From: Candidatus Eiseniibacteriota bacterium
GTDB lineage: Bacteria; ARS69
Reading direction: 5' to 3'
Length of the DNA: 64,000 nt
NCBI GenBank assembly: GCA_052390515.1
Contig: JBQTGV010000072.1
Coordinates: forward strand, 7,172-71,171
Made by a program: the position numbers and the translations under genes. Positions 50,617-60,475 of this stretch are shown piece by piece (within the stretch, counting starts at the first letter, position 1; each line of letters starts with the position of its first letter). Below the pieces are notes generated by a model. That model was not told the DNA's origin. It worked only from the letters and a program-made list of their open reading frames with translations, and searched no databases.

Positions 50617-52026
50617 TTGGTCCGGAGCAGGTCCGCGCCGCCCACCCGGCCTCCCGTGGGCGCACCCCGCGCTCCCCTCTTCGCCCTCGCCGCGCTGGTT
50701 CTCCTCGGCGGCATCGCCCTGTGGGTCCTGCGCGGTCCGTCCGCCCCGCCCACCACCATCGTCGTCGTGCTGATCGACACGCTCCGCCAGGACGCGCTCG
50801 GCGCGTACGGCGAGCCCCGCGGCGCAAGCCCGTGCCTCGACGCGCTGGCCGCGGAGAGCGTCTGCTTCCGCAACGCGCTCTCGACTTCGGGATGGACGCT
50901 GCCGGCGGTGGGCTCGCTGCTCACCGGGACCTGGCCGACGCTTCACGGCGGCTTCGGCCGCGAGGCCCTGCTCCATCCGATCCGGCCCGAGGTGGCCACG
51001 GCCGCGGAAGTCCTGCGCGACGCCGGCTTCCGCACCACGGCGATCGCGAACGCGGCGTTCCTGAGCCCGCTCCTGCACCTCGACCGCGGCTTCGACGAGT
51101 TCGACCACCGCTATGCCTACAACTCCTTCGTGCGGCGCGCCGACGAGACCGTGGACGTGGCGCTGGATCGGATCCAGCGCCACCGGAGAGACCGGCACTT
51201 CGTGCTCGTCCACCTGTTCGACCCGCATCTCAACTACGATCCGCCGGCGCCGTGGACGCGGCGTTTCACCGCGGGGCGAAGTTCGCCCGCGCCTCCGCTC
51301 GACCTGAACGGCAGCAGGGGGCTGGGCGGAGACGCCGCCGGCGCCGCCTACGTCCGGGACGTGCACCTCGGCGAGCTCGGCTTCGTGGACCGCGAGGTCG
51401 GCCGGCTGGTGCGCGGGCTCCGCGACCTGCGCCTCTGGGAGAGCTGCACGTTCGTGGTGCTCTCCGATCACGGCGAGGAGTTCTGGGACCACGGCGACTT
51501 CGAGCACGGCCACTCGCTGTACGCCGAGCTGCTGCGCATCCCGCTGATCCTCAAGCCCCCGATCGGCACGGGATCCTTCGCCGGAATCGTCGACGCGCAA
51601 GTTCGCATCCTCGACGTGCTTCCGACCGTCTTCGAGCTCGCCGGGGTGCAGCCGCCGCCCTCCTTCGTCGGCGAGTCGCTGGTATCTCGCATTGCCGGAC
51701 GCGAGCGCGCGGACCTCTTCGCCTTCGCCGAGGGTCTGCTGTACGGAGAGAGCCAGCTGGCCTGGAGCGACGGCCGGCACAAGATCGTCGTGGACCTCGA
51801 GACAGGGCTTTCTCCACAGGTCGAGCTGTACGATCTCGGGCAGGATCCCGGCGAACGGCGCGACCGGGCGGGCGAGTCCCCCGAGCTGGCCGAGGCGCTC
51901 GGCTCGGATCTCACCGCGTTCGTCGGCCGCCTCACCGACGAGGCCCTCACGCTCTCCCGACCGGAGCCGGTCTCGCTGGCCCCGGAGGACGTGGCCACGC
52001 TGCGGAGCCTCGGGTACATCCGTTGA
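50617..52026 (+). CDS. Sulfatase-family (alkaline-phosphatase superfamily) protein with signal anchor; ends …LRSLGYIR
   Basis: TTG start at 50617 (alternative in-frame GTG ~50657). …TIVVVLIDTLRQDALGAYG…SGWTLPAVGSLLTG…; metal-site region VVLSDHGEEFWDHGDFEHGHSLY. Confidence 0.8.
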   Translation: MVRSRSAPPTRPPVGAPRAPLFALAALVLLGGIALWVLRGPSAPPTTIVVVLIDTLRQDALGAYGEPRGASPCLDALAAESVCFRNALSTSGWTLPAVGSLLTGTWPTLHGGFGREALLHPIRPEVATAAEVLRDAGFRTTAIANAAFLSPLLHLDRGFDEFDHRYAYNSFVRRADETVDVALDRIQRHRRDRHFVLVHLFDPHLNYDPPAPWTRRFTAGRSSPAPPLDLNGSRGLGGDAAGAAYVRDVHLGELGFVDREVGRLVRGLRDLRLWESCTFVVLSDHGEEFWDHGDFEHGHSLYAELLRIPLILKPPIGTGSFAGIVDAQVRILDVLPTVFELAGVQPPPSFVGESLVSRIAGRERADLFAFAEGLLYGESQLAWSDGRHKIVVDLETGLSPQVELYDLGQDPGERRDRAGESPELAEALGSDLTAFVGRLTDEALTLSRPEPVSLAPEDVATLRSLGYIR

Positions 52027-52121
52027 CCGCGGGCGAACGGAGCGCGCTTGAGCGGGCCCCGCAGCGAGGTTAGGATGCCCTCCCTCTCATCGACCGACTG
52101 CGGGAACATCCGAGGAGCGCC

Positions 52122-53186
52122 ATGAACCTGAAACTATTGAGCGAGCTCTGCCGGACGGGGGGCGGCCCCGGCCGCGAGGAGCGGATCCGCAAGATCGTGA
52201 TCCGCGAGCTCGCGCCGATCGTCGACGGCATCGAGGTGGATCGGCTGGGCAACGTGATCGCGCGGCGGGCGCCGCGGGGCGCAGGCCGGCCGAAGACGAA
52301 GGCGACGCCGCGCAAGCTGATGATCTCCGCGCACATGGACGAGATCTGCCTCATGGTGACCCACATCGAGGAGTCCGGCTTCCTCCGCTTCGCCACCCTC
52401 GGCGGTTTCGACCCCAAGACGCTGGCCGCGCAGCGCGTGATCGTGCACGGGCGCAAGGACGTCCTCGGGTTGATCGGCACGAAGCCGGCTCACATCATGA
52501 CCGACGAGGAGAAACAGAAGGTCCCGGCGCTGGAGACGTTCTTCATCGACCTCGGACTGCCGCGCTCCCGGGTGGAGAAGCTCGTGCGGATCGGCGACCT
52601 GTGCACGCGCGAGCGCGACTTCGTCGAGGTCGGCGAGGCGGTCTCCACGAAGTCGCTCGACGACCGCGTCGGCGTGTTCGTGATGATCGAGGGCATGAAG
52701 AAGGCGAAGGTGCACGGGGTCGAGGTGCTCGCCGTGGCGACGACGCAGGAGGAAGTGGGCATTCGCGGCGCCCAGGTGGCCGCTCAGCAGCTTCTTCCCG
52801 ACCTCGGGTTGGCGCTGGACGTGACGCTGGCCAACGACGTGCCCGGATCCTCGGACCGGGACGCGGTCACCCGGCTCGGGGACGGCGCCGCGATCAAGAT
52901 CATGGATTCGAGCGTCGTGTGCGATTTCCGCGTCGTGGACGCGCTGCGGGAGACGGCGGAGAAGCGGCGTATCGAGTACCAGATGGAGGTGCTCACCAAG
53001 GGCGGCACGGACACCGCGGCGATCCAGCGCGCCGGACGCGGTGTCCCCGCCGGCTGCATCTCGATTCCCTGCCGGTACGTCCACTCCGTCATCGAGATGT
53101 GCCACAAGAAGGACATCCAGGCGGCGATCGACCTCCTGGCCGCATTCCTGGCCGTGGCTCACCGGGTGCCGCTCGACTACGATTGA
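52122..53186 (+). CDS. M42-family aminopeptidase (FrvX/YsdC/glutamyl aminopeptidase-like)
   Basis: 354 aa; …LMISAHMDEICLMVTHIEESGFLRF… …STKSLDDRVGVFVMIEG…; GAGGAG Shine-Dalgarno. Confidence 0.8.
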   Translation: MNLKLLSELCRTGGGPGREERIRKIVIRELAPIVDGIEVDRLGNVIARRAPRGAGRPKTKATPRKLMISAHMDEICLMVTHIEESGFLRFATLGGFDPKTLAAQRVIVHGRKDVLGLIGTKPAHIMTDEEKQKVPALETFFIDLGLPRSRVEKLVRIGDLCTRERDFVEVGEAVSTKSLDDRVGVFVMIEGMKKAKVHGVEVLAVATTQEEVGIRGAQVAAQQLLPDLGLALDVTLANDVPGSSDRDAVTRLGDGAAIKIMDSSVVCDFRVVDALRETAEKRRIEYQMEVLTKGGTDTAAIQRAGRGVPAGCISIPCRYVHSVIEMCHKKDIQAAIDLLAAFLAVAHRVPLDYD

Positions 53187-53228
53187 CGGTGGGTGGGGCG
53201 CTCCCTACGCTTGGTTCGCAGGGGACCG

Positions 53229-53924
53229 ATGATGAAGCAGGAGCTACCGAGGGACCCGACGGTTCTCCAGCCCGCGCACGTCGCGCTGCATCAGCTCGCG
53301 ACGTTCGTTCCCGATCATCACGGGACCATCGAGGCGCTGGAGCGCAGCCCCTTCTTTCGCCTGCGGCTGGTCGAGCACGGCGCCGTCGCGGAGTGGGTCC
53401 GCACGTCGGCGGAGCGGGATCCGTTCTGGTTCCCGCTCGGGCGCATTTCGATCCATCCCTCGGGGCTGTTGCTCGAGACCTTCTCCGAGCGGCGCCTGGA
53501 CCTGATGGGGAGCGCCGCCTTCGAGTCCGGGCTCGGGCGTGTCCGCGCCGACCAGCTGCGCGTCTTCCCCGTCGCGGAGGCCCTCGCGAACCCGCGCCAC
53601 CTGTCGCAGCCCCTGCACGACCTGACCGACGAGGAGCTGACGTCCCGCGAGGTGGCGACGCTGTACCTGCGCATGGCCTGGCCGTTCCTGCCCCGGGAGG
53701 ATCTCCGCGGGCGGACGCCGGAGTCGGTCATGCACGGCGGCCGCGGGCGGGCGGAGCTCGAGACGGTCATCGAGGCGCTGCCACGAGAGCTGCGCTCGGA
53801 GTTCCCTTCCTTCCCGGCGTTCTCGGGCGACGAGCTCCTGGACCTGCTCGTTCCGGAGGAGCCGGTGCCGGCCCCGATCCCGGCGAGACGACCCCGCTCC
53901 GCGACTCCGCGGAGGAAGGACTGA
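53229..53924 (+). CDS. Hypothetical protein
   Basis: Start taken at MMKQEL (GGGGA Shine-Dalgarno); no recognisable domain. Confidence 0.45.
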   Translation: MMKQELPRDPTVLQPAHVALHQLATFVPDHHGTIEALERSPFFRLRLVEHGAVAEWVRTSAERDPFWFPLGRISIHPSGLLLETFSERRLDLMGSAAFESGLGRVRADQLRVFPVAEALANPRHLSQPLHDLTDEELTSREVATLYLRMAWPFLPREDLRGRTPESVMHGGRGRAELETVIEALPRELRSEFPSFPAFSGDELLDLLVPEEPVPAPIPARRPRSATPRRKD

Positions 53925-53934
53925 TCCGACTCCA

Positions 53935-56094
53935 TTGAACCAGCGATCCGACTCCGGCGCGCGAACCGTGCTGGAGGGGCTCACCGGCGGCGCGGCATCC
54001 GGCGCGTTCCTCCTCGCCATGGAGCGCTCGCCGACGTTCAACATCTTCGCCGACGTGCTCAACGCGGTGTTCCGCGTGCTGGCGACGAAGCTGCCCGAGG
54101 CCCTGGTCGTTCGCCTCGACTCGGAGCCCGTCGCGGTCTGCGCGTACATGGGAGGTGCCGGCCTCCTGGGCGCCGCCGTCGGGGCGGCGGTCAGCTGCGG
54201 TGGACCGCTCGTGCGGGCGCTTCTGATCGGCCTGCTGCTCGCCGCTGCGGAGGCGGCGGTGCTCGGCTCGGTCTGGCGGCACCGTGCGCTCTCGCCGGTC
54301 GTGGGCGCCGGGCTCGTGGCGCTGGCGGGGCTCGTCGCCGCGTTCTCGGCGTGGCTCGTGGGTGCGCTCGTCGTCCGCCGCCTCGGCGCACGCGCCGTTT
54401 CGTGGCTCGCCGTCGCAGCGCCGGCGGCCGTGGCGGTCTCGGTGATCGCAACGGTGGTGGTCGCGAGCGGCGGTCCCCGCCGGCCGGCGGGAATCGTGGT
54501 GGACGCACCGCTCCGCGACGACAGCGGGGTCAAGCTAGCCATCGTGGGGATCGACGGCCTGGACTGGGCGCTGGTAGACCGCGCCGTCACCGAGGGGCGA
54601 ATGCCGCATCTCGCACGACTCCTGGGGAGCGGCGTGCGCGGCCCGCTGCGATCCATCCGGCCGCCGAAGTCGCCCGTGGTCTGGACCTCCGTCGCGACCG
54701 GCATGCTGCCGTCGGTCCACGGCATCGTCGACTTCGTCGTGCGGCGCGAAGGGCAGCGCATTCCCGTCTCGGGCAACCTCCGGCGCGCGCCGGCGCTCTG
54801 GAATCTGGCCGAAGCGTGCGGGTTCCGCGTCGCGTTCGTGAACTGGTACGTCACTTGGCCCGCCGAGGATGTCGCCGGGACGGTGGTCTCGGACCGCGCC
54901 GACTACGAGGGGTTGGAACGACGCGTGACGCCGGAGTCGCTCACCGCGGCGGTCGACTCGACGCGCGCGGCCCTCGACGCCCGCGAGGACCGCGACATCG
55001 CGCGCTTCACGCAGGTCCCCGGCTCCTTCGCGCAGTGGCGCGAGGGGCAATGGGGCCAGGTGGATCGCGCGCTGCGCATCCTCGACGACGTCGTTCGCCA
55101 TGACCTCCTGACGCTGGAGGCGGCGCGCGTTTCGCTTCGCGGTGGTCAGCCCGATCTCACGGCTCTCTACTTCCGTGGGAACGACAACACCCAGCATCTC
55201 TTCTGGAAGCACCGCTTCGCGAACGGCTCCGGTGGACCGCTCTCTGGGCTCTTGTGGCGGGACCTGGATCCAGAGGAGGTTCACGCGCTCGCCACGGTGG
55301 TCGACCGCTACTACGACTTCGCCGACGAGCTGCTCGGCGAGACGCTGGCGATGCTGGAACCGGACACGGCCGTCCTGCTGCTCTCCGACCATGGCTTCCT
55401 GACCAACAACGAGCGCAGCCGCTGGTTTCACGCGAACCGCGTGCTGGTCGCCGCGGGACTCGCCGTGGCGTCGGCGAGCGAGGCCGGCGAGGTCGACCGC
55501 GCCGCGAGCCTGCTGGCGGATCCCGAGCCGCCGTCGATCGTGGCGCGCCGCGTCCTGCGACCCGGTGGCGCGGCCGGTGACACCGCCGCGACGCTCGCGC
55601 GCGCGAGGGATCTCCTGGCGGCAGCACGCACCGACGCGGGGGATCCGCTGTTCGACTCGGTCGTGATCGGGGCGGACGGCGAGGGTCCGCTCCTCGAGGT
55701 GGTGTTCCGTTCCCCGCTCTCCGGAGAGAGCGCACGACTCGGCGGGACGGACCTTCCCGTCGCCGACTTCACCGTTCCCGAGGGACACTCGGGCAATCAC
55801 CGCATGAATGGCCTCCTCGTGGCGGCCGGCCCTCCGTTCCGCCGCGAAGGGCGCATCCACGGGGCGCGCGTCGTCGACGTCGCCCCGACCGTGCTGCACG
55901 CTTTGGGCGCGCCGGCCGCCCGCGACATGGAAGGCGTCGTCCTGACCGATCTGTTCGACAAGGAGTGGCTCGCACGGCGGCCGGTGCGCTATGTCGAGTC
56001 GTTCGGTCTCCGCACCGCGGAGGGCGACGCGATTCCCACGGAAGCGGATGAGCGCATCCGCGAAGAGCTCGAGGCGCTCGGGTACATCCGCTGA
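53935..56094 (+). CDS. Membrane-anchored alkaline-phosphatase-superfamily protein, paralogue of 48682..50610; ends …LEALGYIR
   Basis: TTG start (alternative ATG at 54019). ~190-aa hydrophobic N-terminus, then …LAIVGIDGLDWALVDRAVTEGRMPHLARLL…SIRPPKSPVVWTSVATGMLPSVHGI… LLLSDHGF. Confidence 0.75.
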   Translation: MNQRSDSGARTVLEGLTGGAASGAFLLAMERSPTFNIFADVLNAVFRVLATKLPEALVVRLDSEPVAVCAYMGGAGLLGAAVGAAVSCGGPLVRALLIGLLLAAAEAAVLGSVWRHRALSPVVGAGLVALAGLVAAFSAWLVGALVVRRLGARAVSWLAVAAPAAVAVSVIATVVVASGGPRRPAGIVVDAPLRDDSGVKLAIVGIDGLDWALVDRAVTEGRMPHLARLLGSGVRGPLRSIRPPKSPVVWTSVATGMLPSVHGIVDFVVRREGQRIPVSGNLRRAPALWNLAEACGFRVAFVNWYVTWPAEDVAGTVVSDRADYEGLERRVTPESLTAAVDSTRAALDAREDRDIARFTQVPGSFAQWREGQWGQVDRALRILDDVVRHDLLTLEAARVSLRGGQPDLTALYFRGNDNTQHLFWKHRFANGSGGPLSGLLWRDLDPEEVHALATVVDRYYDFADELLGETLAMLEPDTAVLLLSDHGFLTNNERSRWFHANRVLVAAGLAVASASEAGEVDRAASLLADPEPPSIVARRVLRPGGAAGDTAATLARARDLLAAARTDAGDPLFDSVVIGADGEGPLLEVVFRSPLSGESARLGGTDLPVADFTVPEGHSGNHRMNGLLVAAGPPFRREGRIHGARVVDVAPTVLHALGAPAARDMEGVVLTDLFDKEWLARRPVRYVESFGLRTAEGDAIPTEADERIREELEALGYIR

Positions 56095-56169
56095 CCGCTC
56101 GACCGCCGCGCCGCGCCCCCGCCCGCCGTCTCAGCACCAGGCCGCCGCCTCACCGCCCGGTCGTCCGCG

Positions 56170-56712
56170 TCACCCTTCCTCGGCTTCGCCTTCCCGGTCC
56201 TCGCCCTCGTCCTCCCGATGGCGGGCCAGCTCGTCCTCGAATCCGATCCGGGAGAGATCCGGCATTCGCCGGAAGAAGAAGATTCCGTCGAGGTGGTCGG
56301 TTTCGTGCTGACCGACCGCAGCGGCCAGACCGCGAAGGAACAGCGTCTGCGGGGCGCCGTGTCGGTCGAGGCCCTCGACGTGGACCTCCGCGCGGCGGCA
56401 CGTGAGGCCCCGAATCCCCGGGATCGAGAGGCAGCCCTCCCACAGCTCCTGCGTGTCGTCCGAGGGAAAGGAGAGGACGGGATTCGCGACGACGTGGAGG
56501 CTTCCCTCGCCGTCCGGCTCCATCACGAAGAGCCGCAGCGACTCGTGAACCTGCGGTGCGGCGAGGCCGACGCCGCGTGCCGCGCGCATCGTGTCCACCA
56601 TGTCGTCGATGAGCTGCTGCACGCGGCCCCCGCTCAGCTCCGCCGGCATCACCGGCGCGGCCGTGCGGATGAGCACGGGATGCCCCATGCGCGCGATCTC
56701 GAGAACGGCCAT
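56170..56712 (-). CDS. def: Peptide deformylase with acidic C-terminal tail
   Basis: Starts MAVLEIARMGHPVL (ATG 56710-56712) with GGAAGGAGG Shine-Dalgarno. Motifs GVGLAAPQV, EGCLSIPG, QHETDHLDG. Confidence 0.9.
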   Translation of the reverse strand: MAVLEIARMGHPVLIRTAAPVMPAELSGGRVQQLIDDMVDTMRAARGVGLAAPQVHESLRLFVMEPDGEGSLHVVANPVLSFPSDDTQELWEGCLSIPGIRGLTCRRAEVHVEGLDRHGAPQTLFLRGLAAAVGQHETDHLDGIFFFRRMPDLSRIGFEDELARHREDEGEDREGEAEEG

Positions 56713-56845
56713 CGAACCTCCTTCCGGTCGGGGAGTGTACCCCGAACCGACTGCCGGGAAAGGAGTTCCGGTGCCCTGGACATTGCCGGCCGGTTTTGCT
56801 AATGGTGGGGTTCGCGTCCTCCCTCCCACCACTCCGGAGCCACCC

Positions 56846-57742
56846 ATGCGCTTCGCCTCGCGTCTCGGCCGGCGGCTCGTGGCAGCGGGTGTCTGCCTCG
56901 CCGCGCTCGCCGCTCCCGGCTGCGAGGACGACCGCGAGTCGGCGATCGGCCCGACGACCGGGTTCCTGGGAGGTGGGGAGCTGTTCGGCACCGCAGTGGT
57001 CACCACCTCGATCCTGCGGTACCAGAACGACGTGGCCCTCCGGATCCTCGAGATCTTGGAGAACAACCTCTCGACGCCGATCTTCGAGACCGGCTGCGCA
57101 GGCTCCGGCCAGCGCGTCATCACCGAGGATGCGCAGAACCCCAACCGCTTCCGCATCCAGCACGGGACGGCCGCGGGCAGCTACGTCGTCGACTGCGCGA
57201 GCGACCTGCGGCTCAGCCTGAACGGCGACATGTTCATCGAGTGGCTGGAGACTTCGCCCGGCCTGCACTTCACGGTCGAGATGCCGTTCAACCACCTCAC
57301 CGGGGATCCGGAGGGCATGATCTACGCGCTCCCCTCGGACTTCGGCGGCGCGATCCTCGACGTCACCACCCCAGGCCACACGTCGAATCCCCTCCTCGAT
57401 CCGTACGGGGTGAACGGAGTCCTCGACTGTGTGCTGGGCGCGGGATTCGTGCACGAGACGGGGACCGTGCGGATCGAGGAACGAATCCAGAGCATCCTGC
57501 TGATCGAGGAGATGGAGATCGAGTACGCGTTCGACGAGAGCATCTCGCCGCCGTTCAGCCCGTGGCCGACCGGCCGCTACGAAATCGCTTCCTTCTCCGT
57601 GCAGGGTTTCTTCGGCGGCGGCGTCGTCTCCGCGCCCGTGGACGTGACGTTCGACGGATTCGGCGGCGCCGTGTTTCCGCTGGGGGACCGGACCTGCCAG
57701 GTCAATCTGCGGGACGGGACGAATCCCTGCGAGGGTCTCTGA
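56846..57742 (+). CDS. Putative lipoprotein (hypothetical)
   Basis: MRFASRLGRRLVAAGVCLAALAAPGCEDD – signal peptide with a Cys lipobox-like site. Divergent from def. Confidence 0.6.
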   Translation: MRFASRLGRRLVAAGVCLAALAAPGCEDDRESAIGPTTGFLGGGELFGTAVVTTSILRYQNDVALRILEILENNLSTPIFETGCAGSGQRVITEDAQNPNRFRIQHGTAAGSYVVDCASDLRLSLNGDMFIEWLETSPGLHFTVEMPFNHLTGDPEGMIYALPSDFGGAILDVTTPGHTSNPLLDPYGVNGVLDCVLGAGFVHETGTVRIEERIQSILLIEEMEIEYAFDESISPPFSPWPTGRYEIASFSVQGFFGGGVVSAPVDVTFDGFGGAVFPLGDRTCQVNLRDGTNPCEGL

Positions 57743-57902
57743 CCGGCGGTTCTCCGGACGTCCCCCGCCGCTCCCGAACCGCGCGGCGGAGCAGGTACTC
57801 GATGTGCCCGTTCACGCTGCGGAACTCGTCGGCCGCCCACCCCGCGAGTTCCTCCCAGAGCTCCGGCTGGATCCGCAGCAGGAACGTCTTCTTCTTCGGC
57901 AC
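57702..57902 (-). CDS. Small Arc/MetJ-type ribbon-helix-helix DNA-binding protein
   Basis: MPKKKTFLLRIQPELWEELAGWAADEFRSVNGHIEYLLRRAVRERR – conserved small-protein family. Its 3' end overlaps the convergent lipoprotein gene by ~40 nt. Confidence 0.6.
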   Translation of the reverse strand: MPKKKTFLLRIQPELWEELAGWAADEFRSVNGHIEYLLRRAVRERRGTSGEPPVRDPRRDSSRPAD

Positions 57903-57938
57903 CGGAGTCCCTTCCCCGCCGGGGCTTGAGCGCGGCCG

Positions 57939-58802
57939 CTAGTAGAGGGAGCCGGTGTTCACAACCGGGTGCGCTTCCTCCTGTCCGCAGAGCACGACGA
58001 GCAGGTTCGAGACCATCGCTGCCTTCCGCTCGTCGTCGAGCTCCACGATCTTTCGCTCGCCCAGGGCCTGCAACGCGTTCTCCACCATGCTGACCGCGCC
58101 TTCGACGATCTTGAAGCGCGCGGCGATGATCGCGTCGGCCTGCTGGCGGCGAAGCATCGCACCGGCGATCTCCTGGGCGTAAGCCAGGTGCGAGAGCCTA
58201 GCCTCGATCACGCGCACGCCGGCACGGCCGAGGCGCTGGGCCAGCTCGCCCTCCAGCTTCTCGCTCACCGTCTCGATGTCGCCGCGTAGCGAGAGCTCGC
58301 GCTCGTCGGAGTCGTAGGGGTACGACGTCGCCAAGTGGCGCACGGCCGACTCGCTCTGCGTCTTCACGTACTCCTCGTAGTTGTCCACGTCGAACAGCGA
58401 CTCGGCGGTGTTGGACACCTCCCACACGACGACCGCGGCGATCTCGATCGGGTTTCCGGCCTTGTCGTTCACCTTGAGCCGGTCGCCGTTCAGGTTGCGG
58501 GCGCGCAGCGAGATCTTCTTCCGGATGGTGAAGGGGTTCACCCACCAGAAGCCGTTCGTCTTGACCGAGCCGGTGTACCGCCCGAAGAAGATCAGCACCG
58601 CAGCTTGATTCGGGTGGACGACGAAGAAGCCCGCGGTGAGGAAGATCGAGAACAGCAAGAGGACCACGCCGGCGATCACCGTCGGCGCGATGCCGGCCAC
58701 CGCCCCGGTGATCAGCGTGACGATGGCGAAGGCGAAGAGCACGACGACCAGGAGGAGCATCAGGCTCCCCGCGGCGGGTTTTCGTACGATTTCCTGGGTC
58801 AT
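57939..58802 (-). CDS. SPFH/band-7 (stomatin/prohibitin-like) membrane protein
   Basis: Start MTQEIVRKP (ATG 58800-58802) with CAGGAGGGG Shine-Dalgarno. N-terminal TM helices then the SPFH domain (…[23 protein letters not shown]…). Confidence 0.8.
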   Translation of the reverse strand: MTQEIVRKPAAGSLMLLLVVVLFAFAIVTLITGAVAGIAPTVIAGVVLLLFSIFLTAGFFVVHPNQAAVLIFFGRYTGSVKTNGFWWVNPFTIRKKISLRARNLNGDRLKVNDKAGNPIEIAAVVVWEVSNTAESLFDVDNYEEYVKTQSESAVRHLATSYPYDSDERELSLRGDIETVSEKLEGELAQRLGRAGVRVIEARLSHLAYAQEIAGAMLRRQQADAIIAARFKIVEGAVSMVENALQALGERKIVELDDERKAAMVSNLLVVLCGQEEAHPVVNTGSLY

Positions 58803-58866
58803 GGCGGATCCCCTCCTGTAATGGCGAAACAACAAACGGGCGAAACTGATGCCATAGTGATATCAT

Positions 58867-58895
58867 TCAGGTATCGGCCCGTCAAGGGGAGGGCG
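58867..58895 (-). promoter_or_regulatory. Putative promoter of SPFH gene: TTGACG-N17-TATCAC (with TGn extended -10)
   Basis: Minus strand reads cTTGACGggccgatacctgaaTGaTATCACtatggcatcag, in the only AT-rich intergenic patch. ~65 nt upstream of the ATG. Confidence 0.4.
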
Positions 58896-58939
58896 ATCCG
58901 GCTTTCGCCCGGGCGGACCCTCCAGGGGGCGGCACCGGG

Positions 58940-60085
58940 CTAGTAGCGGGGGACCTGCGGATCGACCTCGAGGGACCAAGCATCGATCCCGCCCCGGAGG
59001 TTCAGCACCCGGCGGAATCCCACGGACCGGAGGAACTGCACGGCCTGGGCCGCGCGCATTCCGTGGTGGCAGTGGACGACGACGGTCTTGGAGTCGTCCA
59101 GTCGGTGGATGGAGTCGGGGAGCTCGCGGAGCGGGATGAGCTGGGCCCCCTGGATTCGGCAGATGACGTTCTCGTCCGGGTTGCGCACGTCGACCAGCAG
59201 GAAGTCTTCGCCCCCGTCCATGCGGCGCTTCAGGTCGAGCGGCTCGATCTCGAGTGCGTCATCCATGCTTCGCTCCTCCGGGCCGGCGACGCCGCAGAAA
59301 GCTTCGTAGTCGACGAGCGCCGTGATCGTGGGGTTCGCACCGCAAACCGGGCAGGCCGGGTCCTTTCGAACCCGAAGCTCCCGGAACGTCATCGCCAGGG
59401 CATCGTACATCAGGAGGCGCCCGACGAGCGATTCCCCGATCCCCACGAGCAGCTTCACCGCCTCGGTCGCCTGGATGAGCCCGACGACACCGGGCAGGAT
59501 CCCGAGCACCCCGCCTTCCGCGCAGCTCGGCACGAGCCCGGGAGGAGGCGGCTCCGGATACAGGCAGCGGTAACACGGCCCCTCCGCGTGCGCGAACACC
59601 GAGGCCTGCCCTTCGAATCGGAAGACCGATCCGTAGACGTTCGGCTTCCCCAGCAGCACGCACGCGTCGTTCACGAGATACCGAGTGGCGAAGTTGTCCG
59701 TACCGTCGGCGACGAGGTCGTACGGCGCCAGGATCTCCAGGGCGTTCGCGGACGTGAGCCGCGTCTCGTGCAGGACCACGTTCACGTGGGGGTTGAGGTC
59801 GGCGAGCGTCTCGCGCGCGGACTCGACCTTGCGGCGGCCGACGTCGCCCGTTCCGTGCAGGATCTGCCGGTGGAGGTTGGACGCGTCCACCACGTCGAAA
59901 TCGACGACGCCGATCGTGCCCACGCCCGCCGCCGCGAGGTACATCGCGAGGGGGGAGCCCAGGCCGCCCGCCCCGACGCACAGCGCCTTCGCCTCCTTCA
60001 GCCGCTTCTGGCCGGCGAGGCCCACGTCCGGGAGGATCAGGTGACGCGAATAGCGGAGGACTTCCTCGCGGGAGAGCTCGGTCAT
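58940..60085 (-). CDS. MoeB/ThiF-family adenylyltransferase fused to C-terminal rhodanese domain (MoeZ-like)
   Basis: GAGGLGSPLAMYLAAAGVG nucleotide-binding motif, Zn motifs CYRC…CPVC, C-terminal rhodanese (VVVHCHHGMRAAQAVQFLR). Confidence 0.85.
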   Translation of the reverse strand: MTELSREEVLRYSRHLILPDVGLAGQKRLKEAKALCVGAGGLGSPLAMYLAAAGVGTIGVVDFDVVDASNLHRQILHGTGDVGRRKVESARETLADLNPHVNVVLHETRLTSANALEILAPYDLVADGTDNFATRYLVNDACVLLGKPNVYGSVFRFEGQASVFAHAEGPCYRCLYPEPPPPGLVPSCAEGGVLGILPGVVGLIQATEAVKLLVGIGESLVGRLLMYDALAMTFRELRVRKDPACPVCGANPTITALVDYEAFCGVAGPEERSMDDALEIEPLDLKRRMDGGEDFLLVDVRNPDENVICRIQGAQLIPLRELPDSIHRLDDSKTVVVHCHHGMRAAQAVQFLRSVGFRRVLNLRGGIDAWSLEVDPQVPRY

Positions 60086-60122
60086 GGCCTTCGCAAGATA
60101 CCCGGGCCCGAGCCCGCGTGGG

Positions 60123-60467
60123 TCAGGCGGAGAAGGACGAACCGCAGCCGCAGCTCCCGGTGGCGTTCGGGTTGGAGATCTTGAAGCCGGATCCCTCGAT
60201 CGAGTCCACGAAGTCCACGGTGGCGCCGCGCAGGTAGTTCATGCTGAACGTGTCCACCAGCACGTCGAAGCCCTCGGGCATCGTCAGGCGGAAGTCGGTG
60301 TCGCGTGCCTCGTCGAAGGCGAACCCGTACTGGAACCCGGCGCATCCCCCGCCCTCGACGTAGATCCGGACTCCCTTCCCGGCCATCGCCTCCTGCTCGA
60401 TGATCTCGTGCATCTTCTTGGATGCGACCGTCGTGACGTCGAGCATCCCTGCGATCTGACTTTCCAT
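60123..60467 (-). CDS. Fe-S cluster insertion/A-type carrier protein (ErpA/IscA/HesB family)
   Basis: 114 aa from MESQIAGMLDVTTVASKK… with CAGFQYGF and the C-terminal GSCGCG motif. GAGGGGG Shine-Dalgarno. Confidence 0.85.
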   Translation of the reverse strand: MESQIAGMLDVTTVASKKMHEIIEQEAMAGKGVRIYVEGGGCAGFQYGFAFDEARDTDFRLTMPEGFDVLVDTFSMNYLRGATVDFVDSIEGSGFKISNPNATGSCGCGSSFSA

Positions 60468-60475
60468 GACCCCCT

